Virus record (IMG/VR): IMGVR_UViG_3300036820_000012
Location: 1-64,000 of that record
Length of the DNA stretch: 64,000 nucleotides
Origin: a virus
Reading direction: 5' to 3' (one strand)
Position numbers and translations under genes: made by a program. How positions within the stretch are numbered: position 1 is the first letter of the stretch; each line of letters starts with the position of its first letter. Of this stretch, positions 9,305 to 18,816 are shown piece after piece. The notes under the pieces were generated by a model. It was not told the origin of the DNA, did no database searches, and saw only the letters and a program-made list of their open reading frames with translations.

Positions 9305-10805
9305 GCGCTGCAACTGCGGGCGCCCGCTGATTGACCGGCCCGGTGAGATCGGACTCACCTGCTCCCAGTGCTCCGACAAACCCGGCTTCTGCGAGTGCCC
9401 GCCGATGACGGCGCGGGTGGCGACGGCGGGGCGCGGCAGGCACCGCACGCTTCCGCCGCCCGGTCAGTTCGCCGACGACCCGCTGCCCGAAGAGCCGTGG
9501 ACGCAACTCGGGTACGCCAACCGGCTCGTGGTGGTCTACGGCGAGCGCCTGCGCTACGTACGCGCGTGGAAGCAGTGGCTGGTGTGGGACGGCAAGCGGT
9601 GGGCGCACGACGAGACCGGGCAGGCCGAACGGTGGGCCAAGATGACCGCGCGCCGGATGACGGACTTCGTGCTGGCCAGCGACGACCCGGACGTGCGACG
9701 CGACTGCTACCCCATCGCCGAGAAGGGCGAGACGAACGCGGTTGTCACCAGCGTCCTGAACCTGGCCAGCACCAATGAGCGCATCGCCATCACGCACGGC
9801 GACCTGGATGCCGACCCGTTCCTGCTCAACTGCCCGAACGGGGTACTTGACCTGCGCACCGGGGATCTGAGGCCGCACAGCCCGAATGACCTGCTTACCA
9901 AGATGACGCTGGCCGCTTACGACCCCGAGGCCCCAGGTCCGGGGTTCCGCGCGTTCCTGGAACGCGTCCAGCCGGACGAGGGTATGCGCGCCTTCCTGGC
10001 CCGGCTGCTCGGCCATGCACTCGAAGGCCGCATCACCGAGCACATCCTGCCGATCTTCTGGGGAACCGGCAAGAACGGCAAGTCCACGCTCACGACCGCC
10101 GTTGTCGAGGCCCTGGGCGACTATGCGGACACCGCCGACCGTGACCTGCTGGCCGCGCGGTCGTTCGACGCCCACCCGACCGGCGTTGCCGACCTGTTCG
10201 GCCTGCGCCTGGCCAGGATTGACGAGCCCGACCATGGCCGGCGTCTCGCCGAGGGCACCGTCAAGCAGCTGACTGGCGGCGACCGCGTGAAGGCGCGGCG
10301 AATGCGCGAGGACTTCTGGTCGTTCGACCCGACCCACACGTTCCTGATGCTGACCAACCACCGACCGGTGATCACGGGTACCGATGAGGGCATCTGGCGG
10401 CGGGTTCGGCTCGTCCCGTGGCCCATCGTCATCCCAGAAGCAGAGCGTGACCGCACACTCGGCGACCGGCTCCGGCTTGAAGCGGACGCGGTTCTCGCGT
10501 GGCTGGTGGCCGGCTACCGGGACTGGGCCGCGCACGGCCTCGGCGAACCCGATGCCGTGACGCAGGCCACAGCGAACTACCGCGACGGCTCAGACCCGCT
10601 CGGCCGGTTCCTGGCCGACAAATGCATGACCCACGGGGAGATCAAGTCCTCCGACCTGTTCGCCGCCTGGCAGAAGTGGTGCGCCAGCGAGGGCGAGGAG
10701 TCCGGCACCAACAAGGCGCTTTCCGAGGAACTCGAGAACAAGGGCTTCGACAAGAAGCGGGCAGCCACGGGGATCTTCTGGAAGGGGCTGAACCTCAGTG
10801 CATGA
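9297..10805 (+). CDS. D5/P4-type SF3 helicase with N-terminal Cys cluster, no primase catalytic domain
   Basis: D5_N (WLVWDGKRW, LLNCPNGVLDL), Walker A GTGKNGKST, VKQLTGGD, TNH.P, D.GIWRR. Confidence 0.92.
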   Translation: MTERCNCGRPLIDRPGEIGLTCSQCSDKPGFCECPPMTARVATAGRGRHRTLPPPGQFADDPLPEEPWTQLGYANRLVVVYGERLRYVRAWKQWLVWDGKRWAHDETGQAERWAKMTARRMTDFVLASDDPDVRRDCYPIAEKGETNAVVTSVLNLASTNERIAITHGDLDADPFLLNCPNGVLDLRTGDLRPHSPNDLLTKMTLAAYDPEAPGPGFRAFLERVQPDEGMRAFLARLLGHALEGRITEHILPIFWGTGKNGKSTLTTAVVEALGDYADTADRDLLAARSFDAHPTGVADLFGLRLARIDEPDHGRRLAEGTVKQLTGGDRVKARRMREDFWSFDPTHTFLMLTNHRPVITGTDEGIWRRVRLVPWPIVIPEAERDRTLGDRLRLEADAVLAWLVAGYRDWAAHGLGEPDAVTQATANYRDGSDPLGRFLADKCMTHGEIKSSDLFAAWQKWCASEGEESGTNKALSEELENKGFDKKRAATGIFWKGLNLSA

Positions 10806-10809
10806 AAAC

Positions 10810-11117
10810 CCGCAGGTCATGAAGGGTGTGCAGGGTCTACCGGACTTTGACATCAGCCTGGGCAGTGTAGGGAGGCGAACCCTTCATACCCTGCATGACC
10901 TGCGACGATGCGGCCTGTGTAGGGTCATGAAGGGTTTCAAGGTTCCCCGCCTTATAGGCGAATCGAACTGCCCTAGACCCTTCACAACCCTTCATTACCG
11001 CAGGTCATGCACCGTGTGCAGGGTGTGCAGGGTTCGCTGTTCCATTCCAGCGCGCACACGCACACACATGCATGGGCTGTCAATCTCTAAACCCTTCACA
11101 ACCCTGCATCCCTACAC
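10810..11117. repeat. iteron-like array, putative replication origin
   Basis: More than 10 TG(A/C/T)AGGG units in both orientations; 26-bp inverted repeat 10811-10836/10879-10904; directly after helicase. Confidence 0.8.
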
Positions 11118-11155
11118 TGCGCCCGTCGCCTCCCTGGCAAGGGAGGGCGACTGAC

Positions 11156-11920
11156 ATGCCGCTTCACGCCCTCGTTGACGGGGTTATGACCCGGGCTGAG
11201 CGCATCGGCCCGCGCGCTGCGGAGTGCTTCGAATGTGGCGACCCGATGATTGCCAAGACCGGCGACATCATCACATGGCACTGGGCGCACCGATCAGAGA
11301 ACCCGGCCTGCGGGCTCTCTGCCGAGTCCGAATGGCACCTGGCCTGGAAGGGCCGCGGCCTCCCTGGCACCCAGGAAATCCGCAGCGAGAACGGCAAGCG
11401 CCGCGCCGACGTGCTCAGCCCTACCGGGTTTGCTGTGGAGTTCCAGCGCTCGCCGCTGACGTGGAAAGAGGTCCGGGAGCGTGAGCACGACTGGGAGCAC
11501 CGGCTGGTCTGGGTGCTCGACGCGACCTCAGCGCTGCGGGCCAGGAGTATCGAGCCGCGCGGCGATGCTCTCACGCGCCTGACGTGGTGGCGCTGCCCGG
11601 CGACGGCTTCAGCCTGCATCGCCAAGTTCAGCCCCGACCCCGAGGTGAGGTTCTACCCGGGCTGCCGCACATTCCTCGATCTCGGCGAAGACATCGGCCT
11701 GTTCTACGCGCAGTACCGGGAGCAGGTGTACGACCGCGGCTCCAGCGCTGAGGAGGTGTACGGCCAGCTCATCACCGGCTGGCGCGTCACCACGGAGGCG
11801 TTCGTCCGCAACGTCCTGCACGGCACCGACCCGCAGCCGCTCAGCGCCATGACCCTGCGGCCGGACCTCTGGCAGCCGGAGCCGAAGCCGCTCGGGCCGC
11901 TTCCTGAGGAGTGGGAGTGA
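11156..11920 (+). CDS. CoiA-like nuclease
   Basis: CxxC..M..K.G....WH.AH...C...ESEWH..WK, RRADV, AVEFQ.S. Confidence 0.85.
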   Translation: MPLHALVDGVMTRAERIGPRAAECFECGDPMIAKTGDIITWHWAHRSENPACGLSAESEWHLAWKGRGLPGTQEIRSENGKRRADVLSPTGFAVEFQRSPLTWKEVREREHDWEHRLVWVLDATSALRARSIEPRGDALTRLTWWRCPATASACIAKFSPDPEVRFYPGCRTFLDLGEDIGLFYAQYREQVYDRGSSAEEVYGQLITGWRVTTEAFVRNVLHGTDPQPLSAMTLRPDLWQPEPKPLGPLPEEWE

Positions 11921-12174
11921 TGGCTTCTTCTCGGGCGTCTCTCGCAATTGAGCGCGGCACGCGCCGGGCCAAGACCGGCGTCACCCACCTGCTGGCCTCG
12001 CAGCCGGTGCAGCTCGGCTACATGCTCTGCGGGATCGGCGAGCCCTTGTGCGGCACCCCGGCTCCGCTGCAGCCCTGTCTCGGTGCCATGTCTTCAGCAT
12101 CAGCCTCATGCCACATCTGCGCTGCGCTTGCTGAGCGTGAGCACGTCGAAATCGAAGGGACCGAAGCAGCGTGA
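11920..12174 (+). CDS. small Cys-rich protein
   Basis: TGATG coupling; H..LCG..CxxC. Confidence 0.6.
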   Translation: MASSRASLAIERGTRRAKTGVTHLLASQPVQLGYMLCGIGEPLCGTPAPLQPCLGAMSSASASCHICAALAEREHVEIEGTEAA

Positions 12175-12359
12175 CCACCACCGGCCCCGTGCCCCTGTCC
12201 GACGCCATGGCCGAACTCATGGCCAGGTACCCAATGACGCCAGAGCGTGCCGCATCGAACGCCCGGATCCTCGGCGAGGAAGTAGCGGCCTGGGAGGCAG
12301 GCCACCCCGAGTTCAGCGACGAGGAACTGGCCGAGCCCGGAAGGGCTGGTGCCGCGTGA
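12171..12359 (+). CDS. hypothetical protein
   Basis: GTGA-coupled ORF. Confidence 0.6.
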   Translation: MTTTGPVPLSDAMAELMARYPMTPERAASNARILGEEVAAWEAGHPEFSDEELAEPGRAGAA

Positions 12360-12619
12360 CCTACCGCGAGCAATGCGGCACTCCCAAAGGTGCCCTGGCA
12401 CACCAGCGGGCAGGCGAAGACCTGTGCGGCTTCTGCTGCCTCGCTGACCGGGTTGCCGCTGCTGTCGCAGCACAGGCGTACCCGTCACGGCTGTGGCTGC
12501 CAGTCACCCCAGAGCAGGCAGCACGCAACGCCGCGGTGCTGGACGCAGAAGTGCGGGCCTACGAGATCGGCCACGGCCAGCACCAGCACGGGCGGCCGAA
12601 ACGAACGCGAGCCGCATGA
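12356..12619 (+). CDS. small Zn-finger-like protein
   Basis: CGT......H.R.GE..C..C motif common in actinophages. Confidence 0.65.
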   Translation: MTYREQCGTPKGALAHQRAGEDLCGFCCLADRVAAAVAAQAYPSRLWLPVTPEQAARNAAVLDAEVRAYEIGHGQHQHGRPKRTRAA

Positions 12620-12687
12620 CCCCCGTCTCTGCTGCCGGACTCCCGGCGAGCACCTGAAAACAAGATCAGCGAGGAAGGAACGAACCG

Positions 12688-13308
12688 ATGAGCCGCTACA
12701 GCGACTACGACGACTACGACGAAGACGATGCCAACTTCCGCTACGCAGCATGGCAGCGGAACGCGCGCCTGGCGCTCAGCGGCAAGCGGGGCCGGAAGAT
12801 GCTGGCCGAACTGCGCGAGGCGCTGATGGCGCTCCCCGAGAAGCGCCTGATTCGCGACGCGCTCTGCACTGTCGGCGCGGAGAAACGCAAGGCCGCCCTT
12901 CTGGCCCAGGCCGAGCGGGACAAGGTCCGGCTGGATGAGCAGTTTGCCGCGAAGTACGGCCCGGCGGAACTGGACGCCTCGCTGGCTGAGCAGTTCGCGG
13001 AGATTGCCGCCAGCCAGGGCGAAGGGGTCTGCGGGGTCGGTGCGTGGTTGTGGTACCGCAAGGTCAAGGCCGGGGCTGACCCGGCGGAGGCGTTCGACTC
13101 GCTGCCGCTGGTCTTCGACGGCGACGGCGAGGACAGCCTGCATGGGACGGCCGGCCTCGCGAAACAGGCCGGTGCCGCCTTCACCCTGGCCTGGGAACTC
13201 GCGTACAAGAACGACGAGACGTTCGCCAGCAAGACTCCCGAGGAGCGCCACGCGGCGTTCGTCGCCTGGATTGACGAGCAACTCGCCGGACTCCCGGCAG
13301 CGAGCTAA
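12688..13308 (+). CDS. conserved phage hypothetical protein
   Basis: Strong AGGAAGG RBS; flanked by about 55-bp direct repeats. Confidence 0.8.
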   Translation: MSRYSDYDDYDEDDANFRYAAWQRNARLALSGKRGRKMLAELREALMALPEKRLIRDALCTVGAEKRKAALLAQAERDKVRLDEQFAAKYGPAELDASLAEQFAEIAASQGEGVCGVGAWLWYRKVKAGADPAEAFDSLPLVFDGDGEDSLHGTAGLAKQAGAAFTLAWELAYKNDETFASKTPEERHAAFVAWIDEQLAGLPAAS

Positions 13309-13333
13309 CCAAGATCAGCGAGAGGAAGCGAAC

Positions 13334-13528
13334 GTGATCATCCAGACCAGGCAGATCGAGGTGCGCGAAGGCGCAGCCCCGATGAGCCTGCACTTTGAGG
13401 ACGTTGACCCGGTGGCCGAGTGCCACGTAAAGGACTGCCGGTGGCACGGCCACGGCGACTCGGTGAACGATGCCGTGCTGGCGTGGACCGCGCACCTGGC
13501 CGCCAAGCACGCAGAGGACTGGGAATGA
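13334..13528 (+). CDS. small Zn-binding protein
   Basis: GAGG RBS; CxxxxC...HxxxxH. Confidence 0.65.
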   Translation: MIIQTRQIEVREGAAPMSLHFEDVDPVAECHVKDCRWHGHGDSVNDAVLAWTAHLAAKHAEDWE

Positions 13529-13953
13529 GCACCGACGGATTTTCCGCCAAGCCCACCCTGGACGGAGGCTCCGGGACCGGGGGCGGCGAAGGCAGGGAAT
13601 GGGCGGCCGGCCAGCGGCGCCTCTGCGAGAAGGCCGAGGCGCTGGCCGCCGCCTGGGACGCCCATGCCCAGGAATTGCGCGAGGACTACGCGGCCCGCCG
13701 CCGGCCCGCTGTCGGCCCAGGCGCCGCAGCGCTGGTCATCATGCTCACCAAGCACGCGGCCGACCTGCGCGCGGTGCTGGAAGCCGGCGCGACGTTCGCG
13801 ACGACAGGCCCGGACGGCATGACGGAATACACCTGCCACGCCTGCGGAGTGGAGTTCCGCTCCAACTGCAGCGCCGGCGACATCGAGTGCACCAACTGCG
13901 AGGCCCGGCTGTGCTCGTACTGCGGCGAGTGGGATCAGGAGTTGATCTACTGA
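13525..13953 (+). CDS. Zn-ribbon protein
   Basis: Three C-terminal CxxC pairs. Confidence 0.65.
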   Translation: MSTDGFSAKPTLDGGSGTGGGEGREWAAGQRRLCEKAEALAAAWDAHAQELREDYAARRRPAVGPGAAALVIMLTKHAADLRAVLEAGATFATTGPDGMTEYTCHACGVEFRSNCSAGDIECTNCEARLCSYCGEWDQELIY

Positions 13954-14291
13954 TGAACGGCGAGAGCGGGGGCTTCCCTCCTGACCCGGAGGCACCGCAA
14001 CTGGGACTGACGGGGCCGGAGCCGACCTGGACCATCACCCGCTCCCAGCTGATAGACGCGCTGGCCAGCATCAAGCTGCGCGGCGTCCAGTTGCCCGGCC
14101 AGACCATAGCGACGGTCCTCGCCGACGACATGGCAGACGCGATCCTGGAGCAGCTTCCGGGAGGCGACGGCTCGGTCACCGTCTCCCGCGAGGACCTGGT
14201 GACGGTGCTGGCGGCAATGGACCCCTGGGTCGAGGCCGAGCCTCTTGAGTCGGCATTCAAGCGCCTTAGCGCCGCAGCGGGGGTGGAGTGA
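13953..14291 (+). CDS. hypothetical protein
   Basis: TGATG coupling, AGGAG RBS. Confidence 0.65.
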   Translation: MNGESGGFPPDPEAPQLGLTGPEPTWTITRSQLIDALASIKLRGVQLPGQTIATVLADDMADAILEQLPGGDGSVTVSREDLVTVLAAMDPWVEAEPLESAFKRLSAAAGVE

Positions 14292-14617
14292 TGACCGCCG
14301 GCGGAACCGAGAGCACAGGCTTCGAGCCCGAGCCGTTCAGCCTCGCTGCCCTCGCCGGGCAGGAACAGCTGCAAGAGCGGATCCGCGAACTTGAGAACGA
14401 GCGGGCCGGCAAGGTCCTGGTGGACCCGCGAGACCTGCGCGTGTTCTTCGCCAAGCTCAGCCGTGGCCTGTTCCTGCGCCGGGACTCCGAGGCAGGACAG
14501 GCCGAGCGCAGGCTCCGTGACGCCGCTGACGGGCTATCGCATGGCGAGCTAAGCCGAGCCATGCCGGGAAGCGCTCAGGCCGTCTCCGTCGATCTGAGCG
14601 CCGGGGAGCAGCGATGA
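14288..14617 (+). CDS. hypothetical protein
   Basis: GTGA coupling. Confidence 0.6.
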   Translation: MMTAGGTESTGFEPEPFSLAALAGQEQLQERIRELENERAGKVLVDPRDLRVFFAKLSRGLFLRRDSEAGQAERRLRDAADGLSHGELSRAMPGSAQAVSVDLSAGEQR

Positions 14618-15138
14618 GCGGGGCGCAGGAGGAGCGCGCGGTCCCGGTCCTGTACCTGGACATCGATGGCACCGTGCGCCAGGGCAAGGATGACCCGATC
14701 GGCCGGTTCGTCAACGGCCCCGAGGACGTCGCCGTCTTCCCGGAGGCGGTCGAGCGCATGCGCCTGTGGAAACTCGGCGGTGGCCGCATCGCCGGCGTCA
14801 GCAACCAGGGCGGCATCGCGCTCGGCATCCTCAGCGAGGCGAAGGTCGCCGCAGCGATGAGCGAGACGCAGCGCCAGTGCGGGAACCTGTTCGATCTCCT
14901 CCTCTGGTGCCGCCATCATCCGCAGGCGGAGCACCCGGAGATGGCCCGCTGCTGGTGCCGCAAGCCCTCGGCGGGCGCGGTCGTGGAAGCCGCGCACGGC
15001 CTGGCCGACAGGTATCCCGGCGAGTTCTACCCGCCGTACATGGGTCTGTTCGTCGGCGATCGCCCCGAGGACGAGCAGTGCGCCCGCTCGGCGGGGCTGG
15101 ACTTCGAGTGGGCTGCGGAGTGGAGGGCCGGAGCGTGA
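14614..15138 (+). CDS. HAD IIIA phosphatase (GmhB/HisB/PNKP-like)
   Basis: LDIDGT, SNQGG, C.CRKP, VGDR.ED. Confidence 0.9.
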   Translation: MSGAQEERAVPVLYLDIDGTVRQGKDDPIGRFVNGPEDVAVFPEAVERMRLWKLGGGRIAGVSNQGGIALGILSEAKVAAAMSETQRQCGNLFDLLLWCRHHPQAEHPEMARCWCRKPSAGAVVEAAHGLADRYPGEFYPPYMGLFVGDRPEDEQCARSAGLDFEWAAEWRAGA

Positions 15139-15593
15139 CCGTGACCAGCCTGGACGCTGCAGCCGACCGCGAGCACGACGAAGCATCCGCCGTCCTCGGC
15201 GACCTGGTGCTCGACTCGGTGCGGTACGCCGCAGCGGGCCTCGCCGGGGCGATGAACGGCGGCGAGGGGCACGACCCGGAACTGGTGCGCTCCCTGCTCA
15301 ACGGCCGGTCGTACGCCGAGTTGCGGGCGATGGTCCTGCTGCTGGCTGACTGCGCCGACTACGCCAAGGTCACCGAAGCCTGCGGCGTGAGCCCGGGGCT
15401 GGCGGCAGGCAACGGGAAACGCATCGCAGACGCGGCCTGTTGGCAGCAGGAGTACCGGCATCTGCGTGACCACGGCGTCAGCAAGGAACTGGCGGCAGAC
15501 CGGTGCGGGTTCGGCAGTGTCGCGTCACGCAGCGAGGCCGAGACGGCGTACCAGACGGGCAAGCCTCGGCAGCGAAGGAGTGCGGCGGCATGA
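15135..15593 (+). CDS. hypothetical protein, possible C-terminal HTH
   Basis: GTGA coupling; GVSKELAADRCG. Confidence 0.6.
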   Translation: MTVTSLDAAADREHDEASAVLGDLVLDSVRYAAAGLAGAMNGGEGHDPELVRSLLNGRSYAELRAMVLLLADCADYAKVTEACGVSPGLAAGNGKRIADAACWQQEYRHLRDHGVSKELAADRCGFGSVASRSEAETAYQTGKPRQRRSAAA

Positions 15594-15838
15594 GCCAGAC
15601 CACGGAACTTGAACCCCACGGCCAGGTCCGCTGCGACTGGGACGACGGCCCCGTCAACGAAGACGGCTCGGCGGTCCAGTGCGAGCGGCCGTCCCGGTTC
15701 CGCCTTGAGCGGCCTGGTGACGGCTACGTGCCTTCAGAGGCGTGCGAGTTCCACGTCGCCGACACCGCAGGCATCCTCGCTGACGGCCAGGACATCCCCA
15801 TCACGATTCGGATTCACTGGGACGGCAGCCGTGACTGA
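15590..15838 (+). CDS. hypothetical protein, paralog of C-terminus of 19581-19985
   Basis: Shared R.R.ERPGDGY.P.EAC..H.AD. Confidence 0.7.
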   Translation: MSQTTELEPHGQVRCDWDDGPVNEDGSAVQCERPSRFRLERPGDGYVPSEACEFHVADTAGILADGQDIPITIRIHWDGSRD

Positions 15839-16211
15839 CCACGACCTGCCCCCTGAGGCTGTCGCCGCAGCCGAGCGTGCTGCGCCGCAACGGCGTCACG
15901 GGTTCTCAAACTCGGCACCGCACTCACCGGCTGTCTACCGGGACGAGATCCGGACGATGCTCGAAGCCGCGGCGCCGGCCATCCTCGCTGCCGCTGCGGC
16001 GAGACTCAAGGCCGAGATCGCCGACGAACTCACGGTGATCTGCACTGAGACGGTCCTCGAAGCGGTCAGAGCCGAGCGGGAGCACATCATCAGCCTTGCC
16101 AGCGAAATGCGCGCCGCCATCCCGGCCGACCACCCGAAGGGCGCTCAGGCGTCGTTTGCCGACTACCTGCGGGTTACGTCCGCTGACCTTCCGGAGGCCA
16201 CCGATGGCTGA
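15831..16211 (+). CDS. hypothetical protein
   Basis: Overlapping coupled ORF. Confidence 0.6.
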   Translation: MTDHDLPPEAVAAAERAAPQRRHGFSNSAPHSPAVYRDEIRTMLEAAAPAILAAAAARLKAEIADELTVICTETVLEAVRAEREHIISLASEMRAAIPADHPKGAQASFADYLRVTSADLPEATDG

Positions 16212-16530
16212 CTGCCAGCACATCAGATGCGAGCCTTACCGCGAATGCCAGCTTGGGGACGTGCCCATCAGGCCAGCACCAATGATGACCACCGACAACC
16301 AGGGCGTCACCACGGGAAACACCCGGATGTTCCTGTCGGACGGCGAGCGCGCCGCGTACGAAGTGGGACGCCGTGACGAGCGTGAGCGCCACGCCCAGGA
16401 AATCGAGGACCGCCAGCGTGCCCTGGAACGGGCCGAAGCCCTCCTGGCCGAACGTGACAGGCAGCGAACTGACCTGCTGGTTGAGAACGGGCAACTGAGG
16501 GACAAGCTGATGGCGGTGGAGGGGCTGTGA
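16204..16530 (+). CDS. coiled-coil hypothetical protein
   Basis: GGAGG RBS; heptads. Confidence 0.65.
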   Translation: MADCQHIRCEPYRECQLGDVPIRPAPMMTTDNQGVTTGNTRMFLSDGERAAYEVGRRDERERHAQEIEDRQRALERAEALLAERDRQRTDLLVENGQLRDKLMAVEGL

Positions 16531-16883
16531 CCGAACGGCTGAGGGAAGACGCGTCGCCGTACGCGGAGGCGCGCTGCGGCCTGCCCGGCTGCGGCGAGGC
16601 GCTGAGCATCACGTGGAGCTACGCCCGCGGAATCGACCTGCGGGACACACGCGAGGTGCTGTGTGGCCCTGGCACCGGCAACACGCTCACGGCGACCTGG
16701 GAGGTCCGCTGCGCCGCCGGCCACGTCGTCCTGCTGCCAGCCGACACGGCCGATGACTGGTACGAGTTCGGAGGCCGCTGCACCTGCAATCCGGACTACG
16801 ACGACGCGGAAGCCGGGAAGCGCTGCGCCCACAACGACATGGCTCGGCTTCGCGCGGTGCTTGCGCCAGAGCAGGAGGGGTGA
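16527..16883 (+). CDS. Cys-rich hypothetical protein
   Basis: GTGA coupling. Confidence 0.65.
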   Translation: MTERLREDASPYAEARCGLPGCGEALSITWSYARGIDLRDTREVLCGPGTGNTLTATWEVRCAAGHVVLLPADTADDWYEFGGRCTCNPDYDDAEAGKRCAHNDMARLRAVLAPEQEG

Positions 16884-16886
16884 CCG

Positions 16887-17123
16887 GTGGCTGAGCAGCT
16901 GCGCACCCACGCCATCACCACCCTCGCCGAGCTCGAGAAGGCGATCGCCGAAGCCGTGGACGAAGCCTCCGACGCTGTGGCACCCGGTGCTGAGTTCCGC
17001 AAGGCACTGGCGCGGCGCATCTACGTGGATGCGTGTGAGTTCGCTGCGGCAGAGGCAGAGAGGGTTGCCCGGCCTGCGTACCGGAACTGGAAAGAGCGGC
17101 AGCAGGAGGCGAAGCCAGCGTGA
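16887..17123 (+). CDS. hypothetical protein
   Basis: AGGAGGGG RBS. Confidence 0.65.
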   Translation: MAEQLRTHAITTLAELEKAIAEAVDEASDAVAPGAEFRKALARRIYVDACEFAAAEAERVARPAYRNWKERQQEAKPA

Positions 17124-17476
17124 TCTTCAACTTCGCTGCCGGCTTGCTGCTGCCGCCGCTGTCGGGCGTGGGCTGGCACTGGTTCTACCGGATCTTCCGC
17201 GTCCGCGCCTCCGTGCTCAGCGGGTGGATGTGCAGCGCTGTCGTCGGCGGGACGTACTCCGTGATCCAGAAGGAGGACGCCTTCGCTGCGGGAGGCGGGA
17301 TCAGCCTCATGATCGCGCTGGCCATCTGGCTCTGGCGCAGGCGGGAGGGCCGCAAGCGGGCCCCTAAGGCTCTCGGCTACAAGGCCCGTGCCCTCGTCGC
17401 TGCTCTTGTCCAGCGGGCCCGTGAAGCCGCACAGCCCAGGCCAGTTCTGAAACCGCAGCGAGGAGGGGCGTTGTGA
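17120..17476 (+). CDS. membrane protein (3 TM)
   Basis: Three hydrophobic segments, basic tail. Confidence 0.7.
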   Translation: MIFNFAAGLLLPPLSGVGWHWFYRIFRVRASVLSGWMCSAVVGGTYSVIQKEDAFAAGGGISLMIALAIWLWRRREGRKRAPKALGYKARALVAALVQRAREAAQPRPVLKPQRGGAL

Positions 17477-17568
17477 AACGCCGTGGCGGCAAACGCTTCT
17501 CGTCGGCGGGGCCGCGTGTGGATGACCCGGAATCAATGGACGGTACATGGAAGGTGTGCGAACGGAGG

Positions 17569-17655
17569 TTCCGGTGTTCCTGTCGTCAGCTTCCGGTGTT
17601 CTGCGCGACGTTCCGGTGTTGCGCGTCAGGATCACGTGATCCTGGTTCCGGTGTT
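17569..17655. repeat. four TTCCGGTGTT direct repeats plus perfect 18-bp palindrome
   Basis: Copies at 17569, 17591, 17611, 17646; CAGGATCACGTGATCCTG at 17627-17644. Confidence 0.85.
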
Positions 17656-18054
17656 CCACTCAGCCTCAGCCTTCCGGGCGAGTGCAATCTTGCGCTCGTC
17701 GGCGCACAGCACGAAGACGCTGGCCCATCCACGCCGACCGTGGAACTTCCCGTTGGAGTGCCGGTACAGCAGGCCCTCCTCGAGCAGCACGTTGACGTGC
17801 TCGCGGACGGCCCGGGTGGACAGTCCCGTGGCCTGAGCGAGAAGCCGCTCACCGGGGCGCACGTTCTCGCCCGTGCCGTAGTCGGCGAAGGTGGCCAGCG
17901 CGTAGGCGACGGCCTTGGTCGTGGACGCGAGCGGCAGCCAGCGGATCAGGGGCACCCAGTCTTTGGGCGGCTGGGCCACGAGTTGGCGGGCGGTCACTGC
18001 TCGCTCGCCGTGCGGGGAGTGCCACGGTGAGTCACCGCGCGAGTCCGTGGACAA
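17632..18054 (-). CDS. winged-HTH (HTH_36, replication-initiator-like) protein; start may be GTG 17997
   Basis: KAVAYALATFAD...RPG...LA..TGLS.RAVREH...L...G. Confidence 0.8.
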   Translation of the reverse strand: MSTDSRGDSPWHSPHGERAVTARQLVAQPPKDWVPLIRWLPLASTTKAVAYALATFADYGTGENVRPGERLLAQATGLSTRAVREHVNVLLEEGLLYRHSNGKFHGRRGWASVFVLCADERKIALARKAEAEWNTGTRIT

Positions 18055-18157
18055 GTAGGGGCACTTCGCTTAGCATGAGGGCGTTCCTTGGGCTAACGGG
18101 GGCACGCAGGGCCGGTTATCTCTTGGCAGGGAGACCGGCCTTTCGCATGCGCGAGGG

Positions 18158-18343
18158 CTATTCAGGCTTGCGGGCCGGCCTCTGCGGCATGTCGTCGATG
18201 TCGCCCACGTACCACCGGGCGAACTTGCGCAGAAGTGCGGAGCGGTTGGAGTCGGGGTCGGCGCGCTTAGCCGACTCGTCCAGCCGCCGCCATAGGTCGT
18301 CATCCATGCGGATGCGCCGGAATGGCGTTCCCTCTTGGGCCAC
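18158..18343 (-). CDS. ribbon-helix-helix DNA-binding protein
   Basis: TPFRRIRMDDDLW..L......NRSALLR.F. Confidence 0.75.
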   Translation of the reverse strand: MAQEGTPFRRIRMDDDLWRRLDESAKRADPDSNRSALLRKFARWYVGDIDDMPQRPARKPE

Positions 18344-18396
18344 GTGCTCTCCGTTGTCGGGCTTGCTGTCGTCCACCGGACATCCTCTCATGTGGG

Positions 18397-18425
18397 TTGA
18401 CTGTGCCTACAGTATGCCCTACGCT
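18397..18425 (+). promoter_or_regulatory. housekeeping-sigma promoter
   Basis: TTGACT-N17-TACGCT upstream of AGGAG RBS and ATG 18457; divergent from RHH gene. Confidence 0.7.
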
Positions 18426-18456
18426 GGGGAGGACAGCAAGCGATCTAGGAGTACCG

Positions 18457-18816
18457 ATGAGCGTGACCCTCACCACCATCGAGGCGACTGGCGACGCCAT
18501 CGCGGTCCTGCGTGACGCTGGCTACCCCGGCGCGTACTTCGCCCCGGACGGCGGCGTCACGGTCGAGAGCCACGAGTCCGCATACCCCGGAATCCAGCGC
18601 GCCGATCACACGCCGAAGGCGATCCGCACCGTCGTGCGGAAGGCCGCGCCGCGGACCGATCTCAGCGCCGCCACCGTTGCGCTCCGCTCGCTGCCGGGCG
18701 TCCTCCAGATCTCGGCGGACGCCGACACCGTGATCGTCATCCGCAACAAGGATCACTGCGGCCATCCCGGCTGCGTCTTCACGACGCCGCACACCCATGG
18801 AGGGATCGCGCCGTGA
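18457..18816 (+). CDS. hypothetical protein
   Basis: AGGAG RBS. Confidence 0.7.
   Translation: MSVTLTTIEATGDAIAVLRDAGYPGAYFAPDGGVTVESHESAYPGIQRADHTPKAIRTVVRKAAPRTDLSAATVALRSLPGVLQISADADTVIVIRNKDHCGHPGCVFTTPHTHGGIAP

Noticed and set aside
10798-11154. 118-aa ORF after the helicase
   Set aside because: Translation merely reflects the repeat array; better explained as non-coding origin
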